IMG/VR virus record: IMGVR_UViG_3300048672_001051
Coordinates: 165,657-229,656 of that record
Strand: one strand, 5' to 3'
DNA length: 64,000 nt
The notes under the pieces are model-generated. The model saw only the letters and a program-made list of their open reading frames with translations, was not told where the DNA came from and did no database searches. Positions within the stretch are counted from its first letter, which is position 1. Each line of letters starts with the position of its first letter. Below are positions 17,155 through 27,684 of this stretch, piece by piece. The position numbers and the translations under genes are program-made.

Positions 17155-20100
17155 TTACATACCTAAACTTTTCATTAGTGCATCTAAGTCATCTGGCGGA
17201 ACGTTACCATTTGAATTAGCGCCTTCTTGAATGTTAAGGTCACTAAACTCTTCAGGATCTGCACAGAAAGCCTCAAATTTCTGACGGATCTCGAAAAGTT
17301 TTGAAACAAGTGAACCGAAATATGTGTTTTCAGAAATGAATGTCTCCCACATTTTCAATTCACTTTCGTCTACCGGAATTCGACCCTTATTGTATAAAGA
17401 GATAAAATTCCGACAACCTTTTAAAGCCTTCGAATGAGAACCCCAAGTGATAATAAACAAAAGTTTATTAATATCACCAAGGGTCATCCGATATTCAGGT
17501 TTTTGCAATTCAGCAATAATAATCTTACGATTTTCAGGCAATGCCATATTGCGCAGAAAGAACATTTCAAAGTCCTTACTACCATTTTTGGCATGCTTAA
17601 TTGCTTCAATAACTTTTTCCTGAACCAAACGAGTATAAGCAAAAGAGAATTGTTTAAATTCTAAATCGCTAAGGGGCTGCAATAAAACAGGGTTAGGGAC
17701 ATTAGCAGTTTTGTATAAACCTTTATTTGCGACAAAGAATGCTTGATAACACTGCATTAAAGCAGTAGCAGTCCAAATGTCTAGGGTGGCAGGGCCAATA
17801 TTAGCTTTAGCAACAGAGGCATTAAGCAAATACTGTTGATAGCATGGAATGCCATTTTGAGGTGCCATTGGAACTTTGTTCAGTTTATAAACATGTTGAC
17901 CAATAGGTAACAACTTGTTAGTTGTTTCATACTCACCATCAATATACTCTTCATTCCAACATAATTCTTGCTCAAGAGGTTGAGGCCGAACAAATCGACG
18001 AAGAATTTCTTGACCAATTGGATTAGGAATAGCTAATGGTAGAGCATCACCATCACAATCACTTCGTGCTTCCAAAGCAATAGTAGGGCTGATTAACAGA
18101 ATGTCACTATTGTACCGAGGATTCAAATACGCGTGCAAATCAATATTATGCACTGTCTTCAAATACATTCGGAACAAGTTAACATCCCAAATACGAGGTA
18201 CTTGTAGCTGCATTTCCCAAAGTACAGGATTACGCACTGCTAAGCTACGAGGAACTTCGTTTAAAGCACGATCTACAGCTTGTTTGTCTAAAGTGCCATG
18301 CTCATTTAAACGCGCTAAGATGTCAATCTGAGAACTAACAAGACGTTCCCAATCATCACCAAAGGCTTCATTCGAGATACGTTCAAATTTAGACTGACTC
18401 ATAACAACAACAACATCAGGTGGTAGATAATGATCAACTACCTGTTTCATACCAAAGCCTTTCATACGAGGCTTGATAAGATGTTGAATTACCATTTGAG
18501 CGGCTTCTTCGTCTGAATAAAGCGTCGATTTAACTGCACGCAAATACTCGTCTAAAGCATAAGACTGTTGTCGATTGTTGTCAGGCATTAACATGTTTCG
18601 GAAAACTTTATTATACCCTTTCAGGTATTTATAGTTTTCACGAACAAGTCGCAAAATCTTAGACAATCGAATTAAAATGTCTGGATAATTTGTTTCGCCA
18701 CTCATAAGTCGACCAGTAAACCGGTTCAACAAATAAGCACTAGGCATCCGGACACAAGGGCCGCCGAGAGAGCTGAAATCCAAATAAAAACCATTCGGAT
18801 TATATTCAGCATTTAACAAGCGAGAATTAGATGGAAAAATTGCCTTCTTTGTTAATACAAAGTCGTCAGGTCCATACATAGGATTCTTACTAATTAAATC
18901 GGCAGGGGTGATAATTGGAAGTTCATCAACTTCTGAAAATACAGCGCGATCATCTGTTAGAATTTTAAACAATTCATAAACAGCTTTAATAGAATCAGGA
19001 TCACGATAACTTTCAAAAATATGATTTGCAAGTTCAAGCGATACGCCACCTTGGAATGTTAACATCTTCAAGGTTTCAAACATTACAGATTGAGGTTTCC
19101 AATCTGCGTAGATGTCAGTAATTTCAGTGTAGTTGATATAGACAAGTCCAATCTCAACGTTAACTTCATTACCAAAATTATCTACATATTTGTATTCAGG
19201 CAAAGACTGAGACGCAGCATTAATTTCAGCTTCATCCAATGAATTTAAATAGCCTGAATTACCACGTTTAACACTGGGTTTATAGTAGCCCAGCTTAACA
19301 GCTAGAGCAGCTCGTGCTAAAACAATGGTGTTTGATGCAGCTTTAACAGCATTCATACCAGTAACAATGTCCGGTACGAGAAAATCTTTTTCATTCCAAG
19401 TGTTATCTGTCGAGGAATCTCCAAGATATTCAGAAGCATTTGGATAACGTTCAGCAATAGCAGAGTCATCAAAAACATTCTTAAACATAATCTTACCAGT
19501 ATTGGTAAGAACTTTAGTAACACCTTTAAGTCCGGTGCTACTTGTGATACGGCAGTTACCTGCACGGCAAATACCTTTAAAACGAATTTTAAAAGAATTT
19601 GCAATGCTTGTCGCATCAATAGAAAGTACAGTAATGGTTTTAAAATTGTACAAGTCGATAGGACTTGACAAGTTATTCAACCCAACTGTAAATGTTTTAA
19701 AAGAAGGCTGATAAGTCTTGCCAGCTTCTACTAAAACTTCAGAAAAAATTTCTTCAATACTGAAAGAAACTTCTAAAGCTTGAGCTGCAATAGTTGCTGC
19801 AATTTCAATTTCACCGGAAACAAAACGTTTAGTGTCTGGGTCCATTGGATGAAATACAATAAAAGCTTCACGTTGGCAATCGTCTTTACGAGTAAAGACG
19901 TCACCATTAATGATATAATCCTGTGTAAAAACAGAATTACTAGGGTTTTCAATCTTTAGATGCTCTCCTAAAGAATGAGTTTTAAGACGAGCAGCTAACG
20001 ACTGTTTATTATCGAAAATAGTCAAGATCGAAGGAACTGTATCTCGAAGATTTTCAGAATAACCTGTGTTGCGAAACATAAAAGGCTGTTCACCTGTAAA

Positions 20101-20778
20101 CAGGCTAACAGTAGCAGTTTTAGACATACTACCTTCAGATGTCAGATGAATCTGACAATCACGGATAATATTTGGCCAATCTTTTTCACGAGGTTGTGAA
20201 TTAGAAATAATTTGGCCAAGAACAAACTTACCATTATTGATTTTGTCCAGATGTTGATTAAAACTAAGAATAACAAAAGAATGTTCAGATTTTTTCTGAG
20301 CATTAAAACTTACAGGCTTGGTATAATTTGCAAAAGACTGCAAATTATTAATATCAGTGTTTAACAAACCTGTATAGATGTCTTTGCTGTACTGTTGATA
20401 CATATTAAGACGATCTACTAAAATAAGATAAAATACTTGATTTTGATTAAGAATCAAATAATTATGATGACCAAAATAATCAATTCGACTATTAGAAGTC
20501 GAGCTGACTTCTACGAGAAAAGGATAATACGTTGTCTGCACTGGTGCAGTGCTAGGTGAAAACAATGTTTTACGAATAATAACTTCCATTGCATGAGTAT
20601 CACTGCGAGGGAAAGCTATAATAACATCATCATCAGCATTAATAGAATAATTGCACAGCCCACTGTAACCTTGAGGCAGGTGTCCAATAAGTTCTTCAGC
20701 TGTGCAATTTGCCGGAATATCACGAAAGGCTTGTGTGCGTACAATACCATCCAAACGTGCAATCGGAAATGAAGACAT
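17155..20778 (-). CDS. Single-chain two-barrel DNA-directed RNA polymerase 2 (putative)
   Basis: 1207 aa. RSDCDGD, AVRNPVL (beta'-like RxP), GNCRITSSTGLKGV (resembles beta GDKxxxRHGxKGV), KANIG and LVQEKVIEAIKH. Confidence 0.8.
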   Translation of the reverse strand: MSSFPIARLDGIVRTQAFRDIPANCTAEELIGHLPQGYSGLCNYSINADDDVIIAFPRSDTHAMEVIIRKTLFSPSTAPVQTTYYPFLVEVSSTSNSRIDYFGHHNYLILNQNQVFYLILVDRLNMYQQYSKDIYTGLLNTDINNLQSFANYTKPVSFNAQKKSEHSFVILSFNQHLDKINNGKFVLGQIISNSQPREKDWPNIIRDCQIHLTSEGSMSKTATVSLFTGEQPFMFRNTGYSENLRDTVPSILTIFDNKQSLAARLKTHSLGEHLKIENPSNSVFTQDYIINGDVFTRKDDCQREAFIVFHPMDPDTKRFVSGEIEIAATIAAQALEVSFSIEEIFSEVLVEAGKTYQPSFKTFTVGLNNLSSPIDLYNFKTITVLSIDATSIANSFKIRFKGICRAGNCRITSSTGLKGVTKVLTNTGKIMFKNVFDDSAIAERYPNASEYLGDSSTDNTWNEKDFLVPDIVTGMNAVKAASNTIVLARAALAVKLGYYKPSVKRGNSGYLNSLDEAEINAASQSLPEYKYVDNFGNEVNVEIGLVYINYTEITDIYADWKPQSVMFETLKMLTFQGGVSLELANHIFESYRDPDSIKAVYELFKILTDDRAVFSEVDELPIITPADLISKNPMYGPDDFVLTKKAIFPSNSRLLNAEYNPNGFYLDFSSLGGPCVRMPSAYLLNRFTGRLMSGETNYPDILIRLSKILRLVRENYKYLKGYNKVFRNMLMPDNNRQQSYALDEYLRAVKSTLYSDEEAAQMVIQHLIKPRMKGFGMKQVVDHYLPPDVVVVMSQSKFERISNEAFGDDWERLVSSQIDILARLNEHGTLDKQAVDRALNEVPRSLAVRNPVLWEMQLQVPRIWDVNLFRMYLKTVHNIDLHAYLNPRYNSDILLISPTIALEARSDCDGDALPLAIPNPIGQEILRRFVRPQPLEQELCWNEEYIDGEYETTNKLLPIGQHVYKLNKVPMAPQNGIPCYQQYLLNASVAKANIGPATLDIWTATALMQCYQAFFVANKGLYKTANVPNPVLLQPLSDLEFKQFSFAYTRLVQEKVIEAIKHAKNGSKDFEMFFLRNMALPENRKIIIAELQKPEYRMTLGDINKLLFIITWGSHSKALKGCRNFISLYNKGRIPVDESELKMWETFISENTYFGSLVSKLFEIRQKFEAFCADPEEFSDLNIQEGANSNGNVPPDDLDALMKSLGM

Positions 20779-20799
20779 AATACGTTCCTTAAAAAATGT

Positions 20800-21150
20800 C
20801 TAAAGTGTTGTGTATAAAAAACACTCTTGACTGTTGAAAAACAACGGTTCAGTTTGAATAAGATAACCATTGGTCATCAGATTCATCTGAATCCTCTTTA
20901 CAGCAGTATGATTTAAGAGTTCTGAATTTTTTAAAAACAAAAATCCTAAACCAGAATCTTTACAATAATCAATATTATTGAAAAAATCTGTGACATCAAA
21001 GTCTTGATAAGACTTAGAGTCAGAAGCTTTAATGACAGACTCAAGATCAATAAAAACATGTTCAACATTTTCAAAGATGTTGACAGATTGATTTTGAGAT
21101 TGTTTGGGTTGAAGAGCCAGTACAACTGGTTTCAAAATAGTATCAGACAT
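20800..21150 (-). CDS. Hypothetical protein
   Basis: 116-aa ORF with AGGA SD. Confidence 0.65.
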   Translation of the reverse strand: MSDTILKPVVLALQPKQSQNQSVNIFENVEHVFIDLESVIKASDSKSYQDFDVTDFFNNIDYCKDSGLGFLFLKNSELLNHTAVKRIQMNLMTNGYLIQTEPLFFNSQECFLYTTL

Positions 21151-21424
21151 GATAATAAGTCCTAAGAGGTATTGATAATAAAAAATCCATTATAGTCTGA
21201 ATTTAAACATGTGGTAACCTCTTTAACCACATTAAAATTCAAACCCTGAAATCGTAAAAACATTACACGATTCATCCTATCTGTTCAAAAGAATTACTGT
21301 AACCAGTAAAGTATTACAAAAATTGAAAGCAATAAAACAAAAAATGTTACATTAAACATCAAAGATGATTAACATTTTAACCTCCGTTAAAAATTGATTA
21401 AACTTAATGTAATGCTCCAACTTA

Positions 21425-21688
21425 TTAAGTCAGAGCATTTTGAACTTGAATGTTTTTAATACAGGCATTTTGTAAATAATGCCTATAAAAATACATCGCA
21501 ATTCTTTCACAACATAAACCTGCAATAAATGTTGTAGCTAATAGCCAACTAACACTCATTACAGGTGCTAATAATGTAACGGAAAACCATGAAATTAAAC
21601 AAAGAGAACTCAAAAGAACTACTGTATAAATTCTTGTAGAGTTTTCAAAAAATTTCATGTTAAGTGTTACTTGCCGCACGGGTTTCAT
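21425..21688 (-). CDS. Small membrane protein
   Basis: Two hydrophobic segments. Confidence 0.6.
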   Translation of the reverse strand: MKPVRQVTLNMKFFENSTRIYTVVLLSSLCLISWFSVTLLAPVMSVSWLLATTFIAGLCCERIAMYFYRHYLQNACIKNIQVQNALT

Positions 21689-21981
21689 GCAGATACAGTT
21701 CGGATGTTGTTAATCATCGAATTGATACCTTCGCCAGCTAAATAAGCAGCAGCAAAGAGCCCCGCATAGTAAAAAACTTCAATGGCTGCATGTGCAAACA
21801 GCATATGAAAGCCAAAGAAATAACCAGCAGCAGCAACAACTGCCATAGTAGCAGCGGTTACAAGAATACGTTGGCTGGTGTTATTGCTAACACAAATTTT
21901 AGCAGCAGGTGTGGCGGTTGCAGTAGTCATGATTTGAATCCTCAAAATTTGATTATGCAGCAACAGAATTGTTACTTGCAT
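21685..21981 (-). CDS. Small membrane protein
   Basis: Two hydrophobic segments; probable start MTTATA after GAGG. Confidence 0.6.
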   Translation of the reverse strand: MQVTILLLHNQILRIQIMTTATATPAAKICVSNNTSQRILVTAATMAVVAAAGYFFGFHMLFAHAAIEVFYYAGLFAAAYLAGEGINSMINNIRTVSA

Positions 21982-22138
21982 TTAAAAGAGTTGAATTTTC
22001 AGCGTATTGTTTATATAACGCAACGCATAAAAATCCAATGGCACTAACTAGCATAATGTTGGTAAAACCAACAACACTGCCAAGAATAATGCCAACAAAA
22101 AGCAGTAACCAGTCTTGGACACTGACTAAGATTTTCAT
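21953..22138 (-). CDS. Small membrane protein
   Basis: Hydrophobic 61 aa; GGAG SD; ATGA overlap. Confidence 0.55.
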   Translation of the reverse strand: MKILVSVQDWLLLFVGIILGSVVGFTNIMLVSAIGFLCVALYKQYAENSTLLNASNNSVAA

Positions 22139-22482
22139 ACAAAAGCTCCCTGAGGTAAACCTGTCCAGTCGCTATAAGCTTTGCCATAACCATGTTTATA
22201 CTGTAAGCCAATGCTTCTGTAGGCATAAACAAGATTTGTAAACATTGTTTTCAAAGCAAACCCGAATTGACCAAATCGAACATTCATTATGTTATACCTT
22301 GCCATTGCAAAGTAATAAATGAAGTAAGATTTAATAGCCCAAACAGGTAAGAATGCAAACATAGGCTTGCATTCATCTGAAAAGATTAAAACCACATATT
22401 CAAACTGCGTTTCCAGCGATCTTCCCATTATTGGTAAATCCTTTAGCAGTTGATTTAAGTTTAGAGAATACTTTACAGCCAA
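22135..22482 (-). CDS. Hypothetical protein
   Basis: ORF within the operon; start uncertain. Confidence 0.4.
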   Translation of the reverse strand: MAVKYSLNLNQLLKDLPIMGRSLETQFEYVVLIFSDECKPMFAFLPVWAIKSYFIYYFAMARYNIMNVRFGQFGFALKTMFTNLVYAYRSIGLQYKHGYGKAYSDWTGLPQGAFV

Positions 22483-22903
22483 TCAAACGAATACCTTGAC
22501 CAACTGTTTCAGCACCCCATTCACTGGGATATTCTACCCACTTACGTTTGCCAGTCACGATGTCTTTCTCATACTTACGATAGCCTAAAAATTTCTTCGT
22601 GAGAGCCAAAGTAATAGAGATAAAAAATCCAGAGACAACGGAAATAACAAGCGCTATCATTGATCCCGTCGAAGCCGCAGCGATAGTCAATACACCGCCG
22701 AAGAATAAATCAATCCAAACTTCATATCCCAAAGCAGTCTTTAGGAATTTTGGACTAAATTTATACAAGATCGCTAACAACTCGTAAGTAGTAAGACAAG
22801 CAGTCACAATGATTAGAGTCATCATGTTAATCACCTCGCTTAATAAACTTACAAAATAGTGATAAACAGTATCAATACACTGTTCACACATATTAGTATT
22901 CAA
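22400..22903 (-). CDS. Membrane protein
   Basis: About three hydrophobic segments; GAGG SD before MMTLI. Confidence 0.6.
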   Translation of the reverse strand: MNTNMCEQCIDTVYHYFVSLLSEVINMMTLIIVTACLTTYELLAILYKFSPKFLKTALGYEVWIDLFFGGVLTIAAASTGSMIALVISVVSGFFISITLALTKKFLGYRKYEKDIVTGKRKWVEYPSEWGAETVGQGIRLIGCKVFSKLKSTAKGFTNNGKIAGNAV

Positions 22904-22920
22904 AAATAAACACTAATATG

Positions 22921-22948
22921 TGTGAACGGTCTATATAGACCGTTCACA
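22921..22948. terminator. Perfect 28-bp palindrome
   Basis: TGTGAACGGTCTAT-ATAGACCGTTCACA just after the stop of the 521-aa gene. Confidence 0.5.
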
Positions 22949-22954
22949 AAATTG

Positions 22955-24433
22955 TTACATACGCTGATTGACATCATCTTCGAGTGAATCAACAACGACT
23001 TCAACATCTGGTTTAGCTGAATTTGTAACTGCCGATTCAGTTGTATCAGAATCGGTAGTGTCCAAATTCAACATATCCAAAAATTGTTCGCCAAGATTAT
23101 CAATTGAAGTGTCAGATACTGCTTCAATAGGTACAGTTTCAGCAAAATTCGGTACAATATCAACTGTACTATTCGGGCGATTTGGATCGTTATGCCCTTG
23201 ATAAGAGAAATTACCACCAAATACAAAAGTACATGCATTAATACGCATGCCTTGAGCATCTTTGTGATAAATCAAGGACAAAGAAGCATTGACGATTAAA
23301 ATCAATCCCGAATTTTTTTGGATATAATTTGACATGATTTGACCACGCAAATTATTGTTGAAAGCATCTTCCATTGAGATAATAATATCTCGTTTGAGCG
23401 AACGATTAAGGAAATCGTAAGCTTGACACATAGCCGTAAAACGTTGACGGCCAGTGGTGGAAGTTTCGGATGAACTAACACTATCAATATCGCCAGTCAA
23501 AACACTTGCAGCACTTTGTTCGGCGCTCATAGCAGGTGTGCGCTGAGTTTGACGGCTAGTGATAGGGCCATAACCAAAAGTAGCATCAGTCAAAGGATCT
23601 TGACTGATTGATGGGTTAGGCAAAACAAAACCATGAAACTTATTGATAATCGGGGCAAAAGTTGCCTGACTATTTTCGTTCGACAAGATTTTTTCAGCAT
23701 TGAAATCAGCACTAGCAGATGAACTGTTTTGTGCAAGACCGATAATTGGCTGAATACCGCTTGGACGGGCAATAAGAATATGGCTCGACACCAGCTTACC
23801 AGCTTCAATTAAAGCTTGTTCAGAGTCATTATAACGCTTGAAAATTTCAGCTAATGACCGAGCTTTCATTTCGGCAGTAATACCAGTACGCTCTAGAAGT
23901 TTAAGAAGACCGGCATAGGCAATCATAGTGTGCTTATTATCTTCAACACTATCCCAATTAGTCGAAGATACTGGAATATAATCTTCGGCAATAGCGGCAT
24001 CAATAATTAAAGCATTATATGCCGAGTGTTGTTTAGTAACTGAGTCGAGACTTAAAAAACGACTCATAATTTGATAATTTGAGTCTTCGAAAAAAATGGA
24101 AGGTTTACCATTTTGTTGACTGACATATGAACCAGAGTCCATAGTGTGAGACAAAGCAATCGGTTGATACATACGATTACTATATGTTGAACGCGGCGTA
24201 TGCATATTCAACATAACAATTTGGTGTAAAGACACATTACCTGTAGGTGAAATAACCAAATACAGGCGACGAATTTGATTGGTACGATTTTCAAAAAGAC
24301 AAATAGTACCATTCATTGAACGTTCTGCGTTACTGGTAGGTTTACCATAACGAGTTTGAGGATTGAAATTGGGTGGCAATTTCAATGTTGGGAAGGATGA
24401 CTTAGCAACAGGGGCTGCGACAGGTGGTAACAT
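22955..24433 (-). CDS. Hypothetical protein with acidic C-terminal tail
   Basis: Long ORF; start placed at MLPPV after GAGG (ORF extends to 24520); D/E/S/T-rich tail. Confidence 0.75.
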   Translation of the reverse strand: MLPPVAAPVAKSSFPTLKLPPNFNPQTRYGKPTSNAERSMNGTICLFENRTNQIRRLYLVISPTGNVSLHQIVMLNMHTPRSTYSNRMYQPIALSHTMDSGSYVSQQNGKPSIFFEDSNYQIMSRFLSLDSVTKQHSAYNALIIDAAIAEDYIPVSSTNWDSVEDNKHTMIAYAGLLKLLERTGITAEMKARSLAEIFKRYNDSEQALIEAGKLVSSHILIARPSGIQPIIGLAQNSSSASADFNAEKILSNENSQATFAPIINKFHGFVLPNPSISQDPLTDATFGYGPITSRQTQRTPAMSAEQSAASVLTGDIDSVSSSETSTTGRQRFTAMCQAYDFLNRSLKRDIIISMEDAFNNNLRGQIMSNYIQKNSGLILIVNASLSLIYHKDAQGMRINACTFVFGGNFSYQGHNDPNRPNSTVDIVPNFAETVPIEAVSDTSIDNLGEQFLDMLNLDTTDSDTTESAVTNSAKPDVEVVVDSLEDDVNQRM

Positions 24434-24597
24434 GACTATAACCTCATTGATTAAAGAAAAACTCATACGATTTATAAATCGTATGTTGATGTATACAAGA
24501 ATAGTAATACACATCAACATAAAATTTAAAATATAGTCAATAGCAAACGAGTTCGCTGTTTAACTATACAGATGCTTCATTGTACTCCCACACGACC

Positions 24598-24612
24598 GAC
24601 CATTTTGCTTTT
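24598..24612 (-). promoter_or_regulatory. Phage promoter-like motif
   Basis: AAAAGCAAAATGGTC upstream of the RNAP2-containing operon. Confidence 0.7.
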
Positions 24613-24904
24613 GATTTTTAATTTAATTAATACATTAAAAAGCTTAATTATATTAATTAAGCATAGTATTGATTTAAGATAATTATTTAAATAAGTATAA
24701 TATTTATATAAGTTATTATTATATAAGATAAGTTAAATTAAGATTAGTATTCACCATAACTTTTAAATATAATCCTCTTAAATGTTTATCTTATTCTTGC
24801 TTTAACCAATGGATCTCGCTTTACAATTCTGTCCCATACTTTTTTAACCATTCCTTGTTAAATAACAATCATGAAAAAGTCGGAGCGAAGCGACGGCATT
24901 GCTT

Positions 24905-24935
24905 AAAAAAACAGGGGCCAAAGGCCCCTGTTTTT
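24905..24935. terminator. Bidirectional intrinsic terminator
   Basis: AAAAAACAGGGGCC aaa GGCCCCTGTTTTT. Confidence 0.8.
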
Positions 24936-25149
24936 ATGTTGTTAATGCCAGCAAAGCTTCCGCCATTGCAATTGCGTCTTTCTTCTTCTCAAAGACTAAG
25001 CCTTTAACGACAAGTTCATCATAAGTCTCTTCAGTGTAATACTGACAAGAGTAAGCTTACTCATCTTCTTTAACCTCTGGTTTAACAAGGACAGTACTGT
25101 ATGAAATACCAGCAAGTAACTTGATACGTTTACGTAAACTGATTGCCAT
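24934..25149 (-). pseudogene. Small gene with an internal in-frame TAA
   Basis: MAISLRKR...KEDE*AYSCQ...YDELVVKGLVFEKKKDAIAMAEALLALTT; GAGG SD; stop at 25057-25059. Confidence 0.55.
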
Positions 25150-25152
25150 AAG

Positions 25153-25686
25153 TCAATCCTCGCTACATTTTGGGTGATTAATCGCATTAGTTTTACGAAT
25201 GCGTTTGTACATCGAATCAAATTCAGATTTGCTTAAAACAACAACATTAAGTTTAGTCTTAAGCATACGTTTTAATCGACGTTTAACAGTTGAAATCCTC
25301 ATAGAGTAATTCAAATAAACACCTCGTACACGTCCAAATAATTCAGAATCATCTACAGATAAAGCATAAATGTATTCTACACATTTACGATTATATCCAT
25401 GATATTTCATGAATTCTTCTTCAGTCCAACCAACATCGTTATAATAACGAGGATCAACTTCAGTTCGCAAATTGCGTTTAGATACGTAATATAACGAGCC
25501 TTCAGCAATAAAAAGCGTATGTTTAGCTTTTGCAAATTTATGGCGATATTTACGAAGAACTTGGATATGATTACGCTTATCAGCATACATAGCCCAACCT
25601 TCATAATCACCAGAAAATTCACAAATTTTGTCAATGCCTGCCATGAATGTTACTCCATCATAAAGTAGTAGGATACAAATCTTCAT
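25153..25686 (-). CDS. Hypothetical phage protein
   Basis: Probable start MAGIDKICE after GGAG. Confidence 0.7.
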   Translation of the reverse strand: MKICILLLYDGVTFMAGIDKICEFSGDYEGWAMYADKRNHIQVLRKYRHKFAKAKHTLFIAEGSLYYVSKRNLRTEVDPRYYNDVGWTEEEFMKYHGYNRKCVEYIYALSVDDSELFGRVRGVYLNYSMRISTVKRRLKRMLKTKLNVVVLSKSEFDSMYKRIRKTNAINHPKCSED

Positions 25687-26068
25687 TCCATATCAGATCG
25701 TATTCTTCAGCTAAAGTTTCTAAGCTTTCTTTCCAGTTTTCAGGCTCAATGGTATCATGTATACACTGAAGTCTTCTCAATAAGTCTAAAATTATTCCAT
25801 CGTTTACAACAAATTCTTTACTTGAATATTGAAGTTTATCAATAGAGGATTGTTCGTATATTGCATTATATTGTCGGTCTGCAATTAAACATCCAACAGC
25901 ACAAGAAGTATTGTCAGGTCCTCGATAAAGACAGTGGATAATACCAGTGCCATCATTAAGGTGATTTGCAGACCGTTTCATCTGCGTTAACAGATGTTTC
26001 AATACATGGTCGAAAACATGTTGCACACCAAGTGCAACATGCTCTTTAAAAAGAAGTTGAGTTTCCAT
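25658..26068 (-). CDS. Conserved-looking phage protein (CxYR...CAVGCLI...LQxIHD)
   Basis: Cys/His motif pattern recalled from a common phage hypothetical family. Confidence 0.65.
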   Translation of the reverse strand: METQLLFKEHVALGVQHVFDHVLKHLLTQMKRSANHLNDGTGIIHCLYRGPDNTSCAVGCLIADRQYNAIYEQSSIDKLQYSSKEFVVNDGIILDLLRRLQCIHDTIEPENWKESLETLAEEYDLIWNEDLYPTTL

Positions 26069-26279
26069 TGCTTTGTTACTCCGTTACAGGTTGTTGTAGG
26101 GTTAGAGCCACGATTGTGTTAGTCCTTGATGGATACGTTTAACATATCAAACAGTTCCTTTACTGTAGGTCCTGTTGATGTTTCTTCGAATGCTAAGAAA
26201 TCTTCGAGTAATTCGTCAAGATCAGCTTCTGCTAATACTTGACGAGCTTCTTGAAGAATATCTAAAAGATATTCTTCCA

Positions 26280-26549
26280 TTAATAGTCCCCTTTATTCAA
26301 ACAACTGTTCGAATAAACTTGATTAAAATCAATAACTTCTTGCAAAGTTTGACCTTTTTTTACTTCATAAATAATAGTACAACTTTTATAAGTACTATTA
26401 ATATGAAAATCTTGAGAATTGTCCATAGAACTTAAGACAATAATACAAAAAATAGTTGCGATAAATAAAATTATCGCAACATTTTTAGATGAAAGCATAA
26501 GTCGATCCCTTAAAATTTGAATGTCTAGATAATTCACCGTTATCAACAA
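26280..26549 (-). CDS. Small exported or membrane protein
   Basis: Signal-like hydrophobic segment. Confidence 0.5.
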   Translation of the reverse strand: MLITVNYLDIQILRDRLMLSSKNVAIILFIATIFCIIVLSSMDNSQDFHINSTYKSCTIIYEVKKGQTLQEVIDFNQVYSNSCLNKGDY

Positions 26550-26748
26550 GTAATGTTAATAATCGTTGAATACCTCGTAAACTCGTCAAATGACCATACT
26601 CACGGAGTACAAATTCAATCTGACGAGTAGTCATAGGTGTTGGATGGTTTAACCTTACAATACTTAAAATATCATTAATGATAAGATAATTATCATAAGG
26701 TGTACTCTTAGCTACCATAAGACAAATCCTTAAAGTGAAGACTTCCAA
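26485..26748 (-). CDS. Winged-helix DNA-binding protein (putative)
   Basis: MTTRQI...SLRGIQRLLTLLVDNGEL pattern. Confidence 0.55.
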   Translation of the reverse strand: MEVFTLRICLMVAKSTPYDNYLIINDILSIVRLNHPTPMTTRQIEFVLREYGHLTSLRGIQRLLTLLVDNGELSRHSNFKGSTYAFI

Positions 26749-27617
26749 ATTGAAAATGAACCGCTTAAAGTGGCATCTTCAACATAGAAATTCTTTTTCA
26801 AAAATTCAGCAAGCTCACGCTCGCCAGAATTATAATCCCGATTACGATTTAAAAGATTGTCGGTAACAAACCAAGCTTTCGCATTAATTGCAGCCATCAA
26901 ATAAATTTGAATAGCTTCAATTTTAACGGCATCTTTACGATTGCCATTAATTGATACAAAAACTTTCTCAGTTTCAGCATAATTAAGCTTATTAGCCATA
27001 AGCCCATAATTACTACGATAAATATCCGTAGAAGAGCCTTCAGCACCAATACCAATGAAAGACTGAGAAATATCAGCTTTCTTTTGATCTTTAGCTGTAT
27101 AAATAGATTTTGTAGTAAGTTTAACAGGGCCACGATTGGCTGTTGCCGCAGCATAAATGCAATGGCAAAGCAATGGTGCACACCAGCAAACTAAATGTTT
27201 ATTACGCATATTTTTAATATTATTTTGAAAAACTAAATTAGTACTCCATAAAGATTTAAAATCATAAGCATAATGAGCAACAGCTTGATCACGAGTATCA
27301 ACCTTTTTCTCAGCAAGATTTTTTGTTGGCAAATGACTATAAGTATTGCCAAAAATACTAGGACGACCTAAATAAACACCATTTGAGTTATTTTTTTTAT
27401 TAAGAATTAAATGGCCATAAACAGCCATCAAATAATAAGAAATTTTATTACGTTGTTCAAACCACAAGTCATAAACTTGTTGAACTTTAGCAGGATTAGA
27501 TCCAGCAAAACCATTATATTGCATAATCAATTTAATAAAATCTTTACTATTAGAAACAGTAAGATTTCCTACTTCAAGAATAGGGTCAAAACCTAATACA
27601 GTTCGTTTAGCTGCCAT
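26730..27617 (-). CDS. DUF4326-domain fusion protein
   Basis: VYLGRPSIFGN...LVCWCAPLLCH plus an extra C-terminal domain. Confidence 0.7.
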   Translation of the reverse strand: MAAKRTVLGFDPILEVGNLTVSNSKDFIKLIMQYNGFAGSNPAKVQQVYDLWFEQRNKISYYLMAVYGHLILNKKNNSNGVYLGRPSIFGNTYSHLPTKNLAEKKVDTRDQAVAHYAYDFKSLWSTNLVFQNNIKNMRNKHLVCWCAPLLCHCIYAAATANRGPVKLTTKSIYTAKDQKKADISQSFIGIGAEGSSTDIYRSNYGLMANKLNYAETEKVFVSINGNRKDAVKIEAIQIYLMAAINAKAWFVTDNLLNRNRDYNSGERELAEFLKKNFYVEDATLSGSFSIWKSSL

Positions 27618-27684
27618 GTCAAAAATTCCTTAAAAGAGTCTGTCAAAATTAACAGACTTGATTGGGGGGGGGGGGTAGAGGTTG

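Noticed and set aside
25057-25059. Stop-codon reassignment
   Set aside because: A single case; TAA, TAG and TGA all terminate genes normally elsewhere.
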